Shown here: in pieces, positions 34,791-48,400 of the stretch | Layout of the letters: every line of letters starts with the position of its first letter | Numbering within the stretch: the first letter of the stretch is position 1 | Source: Selaginella moellendorffii | Taxonomy: Eukaryota > Plantae > Lycopodiophyta | Length of the DNA: 64,000 nt | Reading direction: 5' to 3' | Assembly: GCF_000143415.4 (NCBI RefSeq) | Contig: NW_003314292.1 | Location: 1,123,498-1,187,497 of the forward strand | Position numbers and translations under genes: made by a program | Notes under the pieces: model-generated | What the model saw: only the letters and a program-made list of their open reading frames with translations | Told to the model about the DNA's origin: nothing | The model's database searches: none

Positions 34791-35480
34791 TTCGTGATCA
34801 TCCATATACAAGTCTAACTTCGCGCAGTGACTACGTTTGCTTATTTTGATTTTCTGTCTCTAGGCAAGCACCTGTTTCTATAGAAGATTTATTTCGCGGT
34901 TCGGATTCCTACAGTGAACAAACATCAAGTTTTCTCTCCATGCGTAATTCTTTTTATCTTCACTTCAGGACAGCATCGGAGAAGACAACTTCGCAGTAAA
35001 TTTTACGATCTTCACGTCCATTTTTCAGCCGCAGACAGCCTGGAGTCCACTTCCTTTACGTATCTGGCAGTTCTATAGAGGCGGTTTTTGGAGTCAATGA
35101 GGCCGAGTTAAGGTAATAAAAGAAAAGAAAAGAAATTGTTTTCTGAGCAAGGATGCATGCCAGCTGGCGATATACATCGAAGATGAAAGTTTAATGGAAG
35201 CTCTAGTGAACCACGAGGTAAAGCTTCAATTCTGTTTAATCAAGACTGGTCGCCAATTATGCAGCTGGTTGAGAGGATGATCGGATACTCCCGTTGGATG
35301 TAAGTGCCGCTATAGAATGTCAAGCTTTTCTCAAGAAATACCAGGTGTTTTTTTACAAAGGCACACATGAGATATTTTCTTAAGCGTGTGGTGATCTTTA
35401 TATTTGGTGAACGACTGCCTACATGCATCCGGAAATGGATGGACGCTTCTTGTCCGAGTTGAAGCTCTTCCAGTTTGCGC
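34790..35480 (+). pseudogene. RMI1: Decayed RMI1 3' half
   Basis: Similar to 57420-58200 and 61375-62375 with many indels. Confidence 0.7.
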
Positions 35481-35691
35481 CAGGATCATCAGCGATCCCT
35501 TCCATTGTATTGAATTTGACTTAGAAAAGAAACTTCATAACTTGCAAAGACAGTTCTTGCATTGCTATAGAAAATCTTTCTCGAAATTGTCTCACAAAAA
35601 CAAATTCCACCCGGTGACCAAGCAAGCAAAGTTAGTACCTGTACTCTTCAATCAAAAACGATGCTTACCGAACTGGTGCTGGCTTTTGTTC

Positions 35692-36615
35692 TTAAGCTGC
35701 ACGAGCTTTTTTCACGATCAAGTCGCTGCCGCTGGGAAGACTCCTCTTCACTCCACAGCACCTGCTGCGTGTCACCGTCTCGCTCTTGCTACTTCTGCTG
35801 CAATGCTTCATGATCCAGGGATGTGCAAGCACACGGTCCAGCGTTACCCTCTTGCTCAGTTCGACAGCTAACATCCCCTGGAGGAGATCCTCCACTTGGT
35901 CTGAGCCAAAACCAGTTGGAAATGCTCCCGCTCTCAAGAAATCGATCTCCATTCTCGACTTGTAACTCCTCAACAGCTCGTATGCAATGACTCCCAAACC
36001 CCACACATCAATGGCTGCCGTGTAGAAGCTCTGTGATTCTCCCTTGCGACCCTTAGTCGCCATCACCTCTGGTGCCATATACTTCTCTGTGCCACAGTAC
36101 TTTGACATCTCCCTGTGCAGGTCTGTGGCTATCCCGAAGTCTCCAATCAGAACATCGTGCACACCAGTGGCATTGAGCTTGACAAGAATGTTCTCCGGCT
36201 TGAGATCCCGGTGGATAATTCCCCTGGAGTGGATCTCCTTGAGCGTTTCAGCCAGCTTCTTGATGGTCTTCAGTGCATCCTCCTCCCTCATCGGCCCGCA
36301 ATTGATCAATCCCTCGCATAGATTTGGACCGCACAGCTCCATGACAATGGTGCCATAGCACTTGGCACCATCTCTCTCCCTGACAAAACCCTTGAAGGAG
36401 ACGACCCCAGGGCAGGCGTGAAGCTTGGACATGAGCCGAGCTTCTCTCTCGGCATCACTCCCCGATCGAAACAACTTTCCAGCATATGTGTTGCGGCCAT
36501 TATGGATCATGAAAACTTGCCCTTGCCCTCCACATCCCAGCTGCTTGCCCCTCATGTAAAACTTGAGAAGCTCACTACAGTCATCCTCGCTCAACTCACC
36601 AGTGTCACGCGCCAT
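35692..36615 (-). CDS. Intronless Ser/Thr protein kinase (CAMK-group-like), 307 aa
   Basis: GCGGQGQV, YAGK, HRDLKPEN, DFG, APE, DVWGLG. Confidence 0.92.
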   Translation of the reverse strand: MARDTGELSEDDCSELLKFYMRGKQLGCGGQGQVFMIHNGRNTYAGKLFRSGSDAEREARLMSKLHACPGVVSFKGFVRERDGAKCYGTIVMELCGPNLCEGLINCGPMREEDALKTIKKLAETLKEIHSRGIIHRDLKPENILVKLNATGVHDVLIGDFGIATDLHREMSKYCGTEKYMAPEVMATKGRKGESQSFYTAAIDVWGLGVIAYELLRSYKSRMEIDFLRAGAFPTGFGSDQVEDLLQGMLAVELSKRVTLDRVLAHPWIMKHCSRSSKSETVTRSRCCGVKRSLPSGSDLIVKKARAA

Positions 36616-37139
36616 CGCTCCCAGACCTTCTTGCTGAATGGAAGACCTAGCTTCTTCAAAACGGGTTTATATCGACGGCTGGGATGATGTTTGATGGACG
36701 GTGGCGATTTCATGGGACAACCTGCCAAGTAGTGACGCTAGTGTCTTCTCGCCCAAAACATTGGTGGATCATCAGCTCTATCTGTTTGGAAATAAACCAT
36801 CCGGATGAGGTGGGAGGATACTACCACTACACCAGCTGCGCTTCACCATGGAAAAACCTTAGTTACACGAGGCAGTGACAAAAATTTCTCTAAGTTCTAC
36901 TATAAACTAAGTCGTCACAAAACGTTTGGTCTTATGAGCTCGATGCTTTCAAAGACGAGTTATATGTGCCTGGATTGCTGTGTTGAATCATGTGTTGGAT
37001 TATTAAACTTGTTGCCACAGGCCGTTGGCCTTCCACTTCCCGGGGGTATAAAACGGTGAGCTCTTCCCTGATTTTTGCTCTAGTCGCTTCGTTTCCTTTC
37101 CTGGTCTCAGAGTGCCGAATTTTGTGAATCTCATTCATC

Positions 37140-37666
37140 GCAATGCAGGTCCTTTCGATCGATCATCCTCATGATAGCTACGACGAGAGAACGAAGGATA
37201 GATCCTCAAAACTTTATCGTGCTTCGCAGCAAGCGCATTGATGTCGATCATCACTTCACTCTGCTTCTTGTCGAGAAAATTTTGTCAAGAAAGCCTTCAG
37301 CCTTCCACCTTTGCGGGCTCTTCGTCTCGAGTAGATCTTTCCCCGGGATTTGCACGAAATTTCCTACATCTTTTCGTCTAAGCCAAAAACTGGAAGAACT
37401 CACCAATGCCCCCAGCACTCTGGCAGCGACGCGAGCTCCTTCTCCATCCTACTCGCCATTTCCTGGCGGATCTGGCGCTGCAGCTCCCTTGTCCCAGCCA
37501 TGGTCGATTGCGCGTGCTGATTCGTCTGAATTTCGCAGCCAGTGGCAGGGATCGTCCCATGTCACGCCGTGGCGCGTCTTGGGGAACGATATCCTCGGCA
37601 CGGCAGGATCGAATTGCTGCAATGCGCGATCTGGAAGAGAAGAGAGTGCGCGCGGCAAAACACCAT
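37140..37666 (-). pseudogene. Oligopeptidase B 5' fragment
   Basis: FPKTRHGVTWDDPCHWLR; paralog of 59880-60438. Confidence 0.7.
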
Positions 37667-37715
37667 AAAGCCCTTGCTTGGCAAGCATATTCCTGGAACC
37701 TTTCAAGCTAGCAAA

Positions 37716-38056
37716 ATGGCGGGAGGAGGAGCGGGTTGTGGAGATTATGGCTTCTCGTGGAATGTGGCCTAAGGCGCAGTGGCTTTCTTCTTGCCTGCGC
37801 GAGCAGATCGGAGCGTCATAGTTGCCGGTAGACTTGTGCACCAAGAAATGCTTTGCGCAGCTCCTCGCTGCCGATTTCAATCTCGTCACCGATGCTGTGC
37901 TTCCTCCAGGGGTCCAGGCGATGCACAAAGTGGAGCTAGCGGGCCCTTTCGTTCTACAAGTAAGTGAAAGTTTTTCTATATTTTTTTTTATCGACGGGAG
38001 TATGGCACACAGTTAGATGAAACGGTGGACATTTGCTGCGGCCTCAAGGATCGCTA
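37716..38056 (+). pseudogene. RMI1: RMI1 5' fragment, truncated by retroelement
   Basis: EERVVEIMASRG...GPFVLQV; similarity stops after GGATCGCTACC at ~38057. Confidence 0.75.
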
Positions 38057-41000
38057 CCGGGACCAAGACCGAGACCAAGGCCGAGGCCGGGACCGAGTCT
38101 GAGTCCGAGTCCGAGTCCGAGTTTGAGAGGGTGAAAGCCCAAAGTGTTCGTCTCCCAGACCCTGGGGGCTTTGGTGAGCTCCAAAAGTATACTAGGGGGA
38201 GGACTCCAGTGGAGCCCATTTGGCCAGGAAAGGCCAGTTTAGCCCAGGAAGGCTGTGCCCAAGTGTTGGGTGATGGGATATCCATTGAGAAGTCCAAGAC
38301 TAGAGTGAATACAGACTGACAAGTGGGGTAGCTTGGTGAAGTGTTCAAGAGCCGACTCTAGTTCCCCCAGGAGATCGAATGGCCGATGCTCCCAGTCCAA
38401 GTGTGGGTGGCACTACCTACTTGGATACCTAATGTGGCTCAACGGAACCTCGCTCTAAACCCATGGCTAGAGCACCTAAAGGCAGAAGGTGGGGAGAGTA
38501 CCCACGGGGCCTGCATAAGGCCACAGTGTTCCGAAATGTTGTCCCGAAGTCCCAGCCTGTGAAAAGGAAGAGGAGCAATCCTCGAGTGTAGAAACCAGGG
38601 ATGCAGTGATGGGAGGAGGAAGTCCCAGGAGACTAGGGGACTTAGTGGTCGGGCATGTGGGCCTTGAACAAGTGGCAGTGATAGCAAACACAGCCATGGA
38701 TAGAAAGGGTCTTGGTGAGGACCGGAAAGGGATATTGGGGAAGGCTATTCCCCATGCCTACGGGCATCCTAAGGATACTAAGGAGTGGATTTGGGATAAT
38801 CAATCATGGATGGATGCCCCAGTCCTTGAGAGACAGGACGGTGACGCAACTGGTGTTAGACCACCGGTGTGACCAAGGTAAAGGAGCATAGCCTTAGCGT
38901 AATGGGCTGATATGTCGGTGGTATCTTGGGGTGTCGATCTTAGGACTGGACATGTGGAGCACTTTGACTAAGTGCAAAGGATGAGTGGCATAGATGCCAT
39001 TCTCGGGACAAGCAGGTCCTATGTCCTGAGTTGGACTTATGAAGGTTGTGAGTGAGACTCCTCAAAGTGGTCAGAGGTGTGGTTAAGTGACTAAAGTAGA
39101 ATGGAAAATTTAGTCACTTACATACATCTTTGAAGCGGGCTTGTTGTAATGGAAAAGCACTTTTGTGTTACTTGTTGTTTATTTATGACTTGGGGGACCA
39201 AGGCACGTGCAGGGGAGAAGCAGTAGTACAGGATGTACTTGACGAGTTTTCTGATGTTTTTCCATTTGAACTTCTTCATGGGTTGCCTCCATTACGAGGT
39301 GTGGAGCATGGGATTATATTGGAGCCGGGGATGCGGCCAATTTACCGGCATCCATTTTGGTTAAGTTATGCGGAGGAGCAAGAAGTTCAACAACAAGTCA
39401 AGGGTTACTTGAGTTTGGATTTATTTAGCCAAGTAAGTCTCCGTTTAGTGCTCCGGCCTTGCTTGTGAAGAAGAAAGACAGTTTAATGTGGATGTGTATT
39501 AACTACTGTGCTTTGAACAAGAAGATAGTGAAGGATAAGATGCCAATGGCACATGTGGATGATATTTTAGACAAGTTTGGTGAAGCATGAGTGTTTACCA
39601 AGATTGATCTAAGGAGTGGATATCATCAGATTGCAATGGATGATGCATTTATCTCCAAGACGGCATTCAACACAAGCTTTGGACATTTTGAGTTTACAGT
39701 TATGCCATTTGGTTTGACGAATGCACTAGCCACATTTACTCGGTTGATGATGGAGGTATTTAGGCATTATCTTTATGAGTTTGTGGAGATTTTCTTGGAT
39801 GAGATTCTTGTTTTTAGCAAGAATATGGGGAGCATAACGTGCATTTGCGCAAAGTTCTTTTATTACTTCGAGATAGCAAACTTTATGCCAAGAAGAGAAA
39901 ATGTGAGTTTGCAAAGTTAGAGGTGGAATATTTAGGCCATATTGTGATATTTAAGGGTGTCAAGACAGATCCAAGGAAGGTGGCTGTGGTGGAAAACTAG
40001 CCTACACCGACTACAGTGGCCGAGTTGTATAGTTTTCTTGGTATGGTTAGTTACTACTAATGTTTCTAGCATAAGTTTGTAGAGGTGGCTATGTTTACGA
40101 TGCTTTTGACATGGTTATTACGCAAGAATGTGTCATTCGAATGGAAGAAGCCACAAGAGAAGAGTTTTGTGGCACTGAAACGATTGTTGAGCGAAACTCT
40201 AGTGCTTCACATTGTTGATCTATCAAAACCTTATGAGGTGACATGCGATGCAAGTGGTTATGCATTGGGAGGAGTTCTCATGCAAGAGGGACAACCTATT
40301 GCATATGAGAGTCAAACTTTGAATTTCATGGAGCAACGCTATTCCACATATAAGTAAGAGTTACTCTCTATTGTTCATGCTTTGCGGACGTGACAGCATT
40401 ATCTTTATGGTGCAGTGTTTGTGGTGTTGACAGATTACAAACCACTTGTGTATCTTTTCACACAGAAGGAGTTGAACACTAAGCAAGCTCGTTGGATGGT
40501 CAAACTCATGGAGTTTAAGGAGTTTCCTATTGAGTATCGTCCAGGAAAATCAAATGTGACGGCAGATGCTTTATCTCGTGTTCGTCATGTGACAATGTTA
40601 CAAACACAATTTTATCATCATTTGAGTAAGGTGGTCAGCGAGTTTGGGTAGTTTGTTGAGCATGCTTAAGCTCAAGATGTTAAGGTGGCCTCTTTGCAAG
40701 ACCAGATGGAAGCCCCTTTCTCATTGGTGGATAGGATTCTCTACTACAATGACTATGTATATTTGTCACAGGTGGATGTGTTAATTACTCAAGTTTTATC
40801 CCACTATTATAATCATCTAGAAGCCAGTCATTTTAGGGGGAAAAAGACGTATGAGTTGATTAAGCACAATTTTTATTGGAGGAATATAAAAGCTAATATC
40901 CTCAAGTATTGTAAATCATGCGAGCTCTGTTAGCAGGTTAAGGTGCCACAGGAAAAGCTAAGGGGACTTTTGCAACCTTTACCTATTCCTAAGAGCTGTT

Positions 41001-42456
41001 GGTGTAGTATTTCTATGGACTTCATTACTTGTTTACCACGAACATTGAGGCAAAAGGAGCAAGTATGGGTTATAGTGGATTGGTTGACGAAGTATGTGCG
41101 GTTGTTGGCTCTTCAGAAGATTGTCATTGCCTCAGACTTGGCTGTGGTTTACTTGGAGAAGGTTTTTCCTGATTTTGGTTTGCCGGAGAATATCATTAAT
41201 GATCAAGATTCAAAGTTCACTAGTGGATTTTGGAAGAGCTTTGCAAAGGCTATGCAAGTGACTTTGAAACTCTCGAGTAGAGATCATTCTCAGACGGATG
41301 GGCAAACCAAGCGTGTGAATCAGGTGGTGAAGGATATGCTACGTTGTAGTATTGGTCAAAGGCAAGGATAGTGGGATCTATATCTTCCATTAGTGCAATT
41401 TGCTTACAACAATAGCCAATACAGTGGAACCAAGCTAAATCCTTACTTTGCCATGTTTGAAAGGCATCCTTGAATAGCGGTGGAGTTGAGATTGCATTTA
41501 AGTAAGGACGTTCAAGATAAGCTTGATTCTGAGGCGACTAATCTGGCTACAGAACTTGATGAGATTCTAGTGGTGTGCAAATAGAATTTGCAGGCAACTC
41601 AGGATAGAGCAGAGAAGTTTGCTAATGAGTATCGCCAATTCTGGGAATATAAGGTGGGGGATCTCGTCTTCGTGCAAGTGATCTTTCCGTCAAGTGAGCG
41701 GCAAAACACCTTGGTGCCTTTACAGACAAGGAAGAGTGATAAACTTTCCCATCAATATGCTGGTCTATATAAAGTGCTGGAGCGTATTGGTAAAGCGGCT
41801 TATCAGGTGTGGCTACTAGTTGGGGTGAAAATTCATCTGGAATTTTATGTCAGCCAATTGAAAGGTGTACTATCTCAGAGTGACGGCCTAATGCCTCCTT
41901 GATGTATATGACTGTGGAAGATAGACCTGAGCAGGTTCCTTAGAAAGGGTGATCACTGGTATAACTTGTCCTTGGAACAAGGACTTTGTTAGGGGGAAGA
42001 ATTGTTAGGTGCTAGCTTTGACCACATGGTCAATGTTTGTCAAAAGGACACTCAAGGGTATATTAAGGCATGTTAGGGTAAGGGACTTAACCTACTTTGT
42101 GGAGCAGCAATGCGGTTGGGTAGTGAGGGACTTCAAGAGGTGGTGAAGAGGTGAGAAAACCCCTCTTCGCTGGAAATCTATTGTTAGTAAGAAAACAAAA
42201 GAGACAATGGCCCGATCTCCAAGGGCAGAGAAGAAGCACGAGTAAAAGAATGCTGTGTATTGATAAGACAAACGATGGAATGGAGATAGGGATCCACAAT
42301 TTGGATTCCCCCTTTTGAAATGTTAGCGGTTCTAACTGCTAGCATATACCATATGCTGTGCATGATTTAATCTATGGCTCCGATGCAGCCTTGGGTTCAA
42401 AGTCAGAGTCCCCTGAACCTTGTTTTTGGTTGAGACACTCTGCTCCCCTGACAGAA

Positions 42457-45400
42457 CTAGACACCGTCCTCGGTGCGAACATAGTCAGTTTCCATCGCTT
42501 GTTGCTGCTGCTGCTCCAGTCGATAGAGGCGACGTTTTTGCTGTGGGAGTGTAAGCTCGTGGTTAGGGACGCTGTCTGGTGGATCTGTCCCATCTTCCTG
42601 GAGGTCGGCTACCTCAGCCAGCAGGGTGGTATGATCATCCTCGAGTTTTCGGTAGCGGGTGTTGAGCTCTTCGTATTTGAATTTGTAGGTGAATTCGTGA
42701 GCTGCTGATGGGGTTGATGGCTGCTTGGAGACGATCTTCCTGATGTCCCGGAGGTCAGTGCGGATCTGCTTCATCTCTTCAATCTGAGTATCCAGCCGGT
42801 GGTTTAAAGGCTCATAAAATTCCTTCTTGATCGCTCCCCGGGTGTATATGAAGGAGTCTTGCTTGAGAAGATGCTGTGCAATGTCTGCTGGTGTTGGGAA
42901 GTAGTTTGCTTGCTCGCAGTACATGCGTTGATCCAGGGCTTCAAACAACTTGCGGGTGCAGTAGCTTGGGTCGCGAAGTTTATCTTCGTACTCCTTCCTG
43001 ATCTCATCATAATCACGGCGTACCTGACTCTGTGGCTGAGGCATGGTTGCTGCTCCTGCTCCTGCTCGGTGATCCTGGTGTTTCTCGCTAGGGTTCGCTC
43101 TGTTCTTGGTCCCGGGAGTTGAAGTTACTGGAGGCTGAATCTGCTTCATTGGATGTGGGTGACGTGGTTGGGCCAGATTCTGTGAGGTGGTTGGAGATGA
43201 GCTTTTCAGTTTGATGGTGGATGAACGGCCCAGATGTGGCGTTGAAATTAATTTATCCGTTGAGAAATTTTTCGCTTGGAATTTTGTTGAAGGGGCGGAA
43301 TTTTTGTGAATGCTGGTCGTGGTATTTGCTGGAGGAGACATGGTTGTGTGTTCTTCAAGTGATTGGCGAAGGTAGTCAATGTTTTCTTTTGTAGAACGTG
43401 TCAAGGAGGTCGGGGCGTTGAGAATGTTGTTCTCAGCTGGTGTAGAAATTGAGTTCTGGGCGATCAACTGACGTTTTTCTTTGGCGATGTTGATGTGTTT
43501 GTGAGAAGTTGTCAGTTTTGGGGCTGATTCGAGTGGATGCGGGCTCTGGGGTGATTGTTGATGGTGGTGTGAGTTGTGTTCCTTGTCGCTGATGATGAGG
43601 TGCTCTCGGATCAGCGGTTTGGGAGCTGGATTCGCTGGTGTTTTGCGTGTGAAGCAGCGGCGAAGTGGAGTTGAATTGTTGGAGTGTTTGTTGCTGGAGC
43701 TGGTGTTGTTGGAGTGAGTTGAGCCTGATTGTTGAGATGCTGGCTTCGGTTTCTTGCTGGGAGTTGCTCCTTCTGATTCTGAGTGTTCTTCGGAGCTGTC
43801 GCTTTGTTCTGTGGAGTTCGTTTGGGTTGTCCATGGTTGCTTGTTGGGAAGAGCTTGGTGTAGAGCGATCAGCAGTGGGAAGATTACTGTGCGCATGGTC
43901 CTCTTGTTGAGTGTGGCGAGGATGGTGCGGTCGAGAAGCTTGAGAAGGAGCTCGTGGAGATGATGAGCCACGTTCACACGTTTGCCGTCGAGTAGAGCTC
44001 CGTAGACTTCTGCTGTGCGCTTGCCGATGGTGCGATCTGTTGGGCGAAGTTCGTAGTAGAGGAGGAGGGCTTTGAGTCGATCCATATGCTGCTCCTCGAT
44101 GTCCTCCCATGTGAGCTCACCGGTAATTTCTCGATTGGCCTTGATGATTTGCTGTGGAACTTCTCCTGAAAATTTGAGCAGTCCCTTGTTGGAGATTTTG
44201 AAAACAGAGGTGATTCTTGCTGGGCTGAGGGTGATCTCGTTGGTGCCGTCGGTTATGGTGCTGTTCTTGGGGTTGAAGGAGGCGGCCAGTTTCCTTGCTA
44301 GTTTCTGATCAGGGTGTGTTGAAAAGGCCTTGTGGAGGAGCTCGAATCCGTGGTCCTTGAGCCAGGTGGTTGTGTCGTTGCTGGGAAGCCTAGGAATATG
44401 GTGTATGACGTATCTGAGGCGTCGGGGTGGATGAGCTGGCATCTTTCTCTTCATTTTCTGCGATCGAAGTGCTCGCCCCGTTAGGGTTCTTGAAACCTGT
44501 AACTGTTGGTTGGCTGATCGTGCGGCGCTCGATTGCTGGTGATGAACGGTCAAGATTTGTTGACGGAATTGATGTGGTTTGATTTGGCTTGATTGCAAAT
44601 CAATGGTGGATATTGGTGATGAAGTTAACTCAAGTTCAACTGTTGATATTTGCTCAGGTGGCGTTGATCCAATGGTAGCTTGGGACTTACAGATTTTTGC
44701 TGCTGTTTGTTGCTGAAGTTGGTGGATGAGTTCGTGTTGAGTTGAGTTGAGTTGTATTGAACTGATTTGAGTTAAAGTTTGTCTATTGGGGTGAGTGTTG
44801 ATTGTTGGTTTTGGGGTGTTTGTCGGTTTGGGTCTGAAATTTGTTGAGGTGCTGATGTTGAATATGTTGACGTGATATGGTCGAAGCTTGTTGAGGTTGA
44901 CGATCTCAGTGAAGTCTTCGGCGAGTGTGCTGACTTTGGCGGTGCCGTTGGGGTATAGTTCAATGATTTTGAAAGGTCCTTGCCAGTTGGTGTGGAGTTT
45001 TCGGCCAAGTTTGCCGATGGGTCCTCGGTACCAGAGAACATGGTCGTCGACGCTGTATTTGGGAATCTTATGCCGGGATGCTTGTCGGTCATGTCGAGCT
45101 TTTCTCTGTTTTTGGATGGCATGAAGTGTCCAGAGGGCGTTGAGTCGGAGTTCGTCGAGATGTTCGAGTTGCTGAAGCCTTTCTCGAACTGCATGTCGGG
45201 TGTCGAGATTATACTTGACGGTGACTCGCATGCTTGGGACGATGAATTCAATTGGTGTGATGGCTTCTGTTCCAAAGGCGAGTTTGAATGGCGTCATGTC
45301 AGTGGTGACTTTATACGCAGTGCGATAGGCCCAAAGTACGTCGAGAAGTTTGTCGTCCCAGTCTTTGCCGGAATCGTTGATGACTTTTTTGAGGATGGTC

Positions 45401-48400
45401 TTCAGTGTTTTGTTCGTTGCTTCTGCTTGACCGTTGCCTTGAGGATAGTATGGTGTCGACGTTTTATGTCGGAGTTTGAACTCGGTGGCGAGATGTTCGA
45501 TGGTTAGGTTGATGAAGTGGGTGCCTCTATCGGTGACAAGTTCAAGTGGTGTGCCGAAACGAGTGATGATATTTTCGTAGATGAAGGTTGCTGTTGCTTT
45601 TGCTGTGGCATGTTGGAGAGGTATTGCTTCGGCCCACTTGGTAGTGTAATCGGTGGCGACGATGATGTACTGATTTCGTCGACGGGTGCTGACTTGGGGT
45701 CCGACGAAGTCGAGTCCCCATTTCTGAAATGGTGCCATTGGGAATGTTGGGTTGAGTTGTTGAGTCTGAGTTTTTGGTGGTAATCGATGTCTTTGACATG
45801 TGTCGCGGCGTTTGCAGAATTCTTCAGTGTCGTGCCAAAGTGTCGGCCACCAGAGGCCGGCTTGAAGAATCTTCCGAGTGGTTGTGTCAGCAGCGAAGTG
45901 TCCGCCGGAAGGTCCATCATGAGCTTCCTTGATGATTTGAGTTGTGTGTGGCTGCTTGATGCATCGGCGAAGAATGTTGTCAATTCCGAGTTTGTAGAGA
46001 GTGCCTCCAATGATTGAGTATTGTCGGGTTTTAGCAACAAAAGTCTTCTTTTGGTCGGACGTAGTGTACTGATCTGGAACTTTTGCTGAGTTGAGGTAAC
46101 TGAAGACGTCATCGAGCCAGGTTGCTGGTATTGAAACTCGGAATAGGTTTGAGTCAGGTAAGTCATCGGTAAGTACTTCGGGTTTGTCACCGGTGGTGAT
46201 CCGGCTGAGATAATCTGCTTGTTCATGATTTTTGCCGGGTTTGTGGACGATCTCGAAGTTGTATTCTTGTAGTAAAAGGAACCATCTTGATATTCGACCA
46301 GATAGTATTGGCTTGTTGATGAGGTAAAGGAGTGCCTTGTGGTCGACGAAAATTACGACTTTAGTTGACAGTATATAGTGTCGAAACTTCTGAAGTGAGT
46401 AGATCATGCCGAGAGCTTCTTTCTCGGTGGTGGTGTAATTTCGTTCAGCTGGGTTGAGTAGTCGGCTGGCGTAGTAGATCGGTTGATCGCGGTTGTCGTG
46501 TTGAGTTTGGCTCAGAATTGCACCAGTGGCAACGTCGGAAGTGTCGACATGAATGTGGAACTCTTGTGTCCAGTCGGGCTTGGCAAGGATCGGTGCTGTT
46601 GTTAGTTTGAGTCGGAGATTATCAAATGCTTGTTGCTGTTCGGACGTCCACGTCCATTGGGCATCTTGTTTTAGTTCATCGGTGAGTGGTTTGGCAATGT
46701 GAGCGTACCTGTGGATGAATCGTCGGTGATATCCGACTTTGCCGAGGAAGCGCCGAAGTTCTTTCTGGTTCTTCGGCGGTTCAAGTTTGGAGATGACGTC
46801 AACTTTGTCCTTGTCGATGAGAATGCCATCTTTGCAGACAACGTGGCCGAGGAGTACTCCAGATTTGACGAAGAAAGCGCATTTGTCGGGGTTGAGTGCT
46901 ATGTTGTTCTCCTCACATTTGTTGAGGCATTTCTCCAGGCATTCAAGATGTTGATCTTCCGAGCTGAAAACGCTGAAGTCGTCCATGAAGACTCTCATGA
47001 AGTCAGTGAGGTAGTCTCGGAAAGTGTTGGTAACAAGCCTTTGGAAGGTGAATGGGGCGTTGCAGAGTCCAAAAGGCATTCGTCGATAAGCATAGGCTCC
47101 CCATGGACTGATGAATGCTGTCTTGTGCTGATCTTCTTCGGCGATGTGAATTTGGTTGTAGCCGGAGAAACCATCGAGGAAGGAATACATCTCGTGTCCA
47201 GCGACTGCGTCAAGAACTTCGTCGGTAAATGGTATCGGGAAGACATCTTTTTCAGTGGCGTCGTTGAGCTGTTTATAGTTGATGCAGATTCGAAGTTTGC
47301 CGTTTTTCTTTGGCACAACCACCAGTGGTGAAAGCCATATCGGATTCTGAATCGGGTAGATGTACTCAACTTGGAGAAGCTTGTCAAGTTCTTTCTTTAC
47401 TTGTTCCATCAGATTCGGGTTCATCCGGTAGGCTGCTTGTCTTCTTGGTTTTGAGTCAGGAAGAAGGGTGATGGTGTGAAGGCTGAGTTTTGGCGAAACT
47501 CCCTTAAGGTCTCGATAACTCCAAGCGAACAAGTGTTTCTTCTTTCGGAGAAGATTGATGCCTTTGTCTCGAAAACTTGCCGAGATGTCAGTGGCGAGTA
47601 CAATGTAGTGTTCGTTGCCGTCGTCGGCAAGGCTGACTTTTTCGAGTTTTTGGTCTGCTGGAATTGACGGAATGTAGGCAACTTTGTTGTGGTTATCGAC
47701 TGTGAATGCCGGTGGCGCTTCGAGTTTTGTATCTCGAGTGACTGGATTGTTCAGTGCTGATGTAATCGGGGGTCGTTCTCGTTGGAAGTCGGCGACAATT
47801 CGGAAGAGGTCGATTTCGGCCAAAGGTTCGAGATCGGGGTAGGCTGTGAGAATTTGTTGTTCTTGATAGTCGTCGAGGCCATCTTCGAGATTATATTCTT
47901 CCAAGTCAATAGGTCGGTTGTGGCTGGACAGCAATTTAGTCGTTTTTGTCGACACAGTTGTTGGTCCGTCTGGTCCGTGAAGGATAAGATTGTCATTGGG
48001 CCAATCTTGATAGACTTGGGCAGTTCGGAGCCAAGGTCGACCGAGGAGAATTGAGTATCCGTCGGTCTGCTCCGGTAGTTTGAGGACGACATAGTTGACT
48101 GGTATTTCGACGCCTTGAATGGTGGTGTTGACTTTTCGGATGATGCCTCTGGGTTGAACAGATCGGTGGTCGGCCATTCGGACATTGAAAGGTGCTGGGT
48201 GAACTGGGCCAATGTTGAGTTGTTGAACAAGACTTTCTTCAATAATATTAACGCTGGAGCCGCCGTCAATTATGGCTCCTCGAACAAGATGTTTGTCGAG
48301 TCGTAGGTCGATTGTCGGAACATCATTGTCACAATCGCCTGGTTGAATCTCGGTTCGAAATGTGTCAACAGCTGTCTGTGTCGAGTTGAGTGTGGGCGAG

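Noticed and set aside
38060-38125. GAGTCC/CCGAG short repeats
   Set aside because: Low-complexity internal part of the degenerate gypsy element; no independent function evident.
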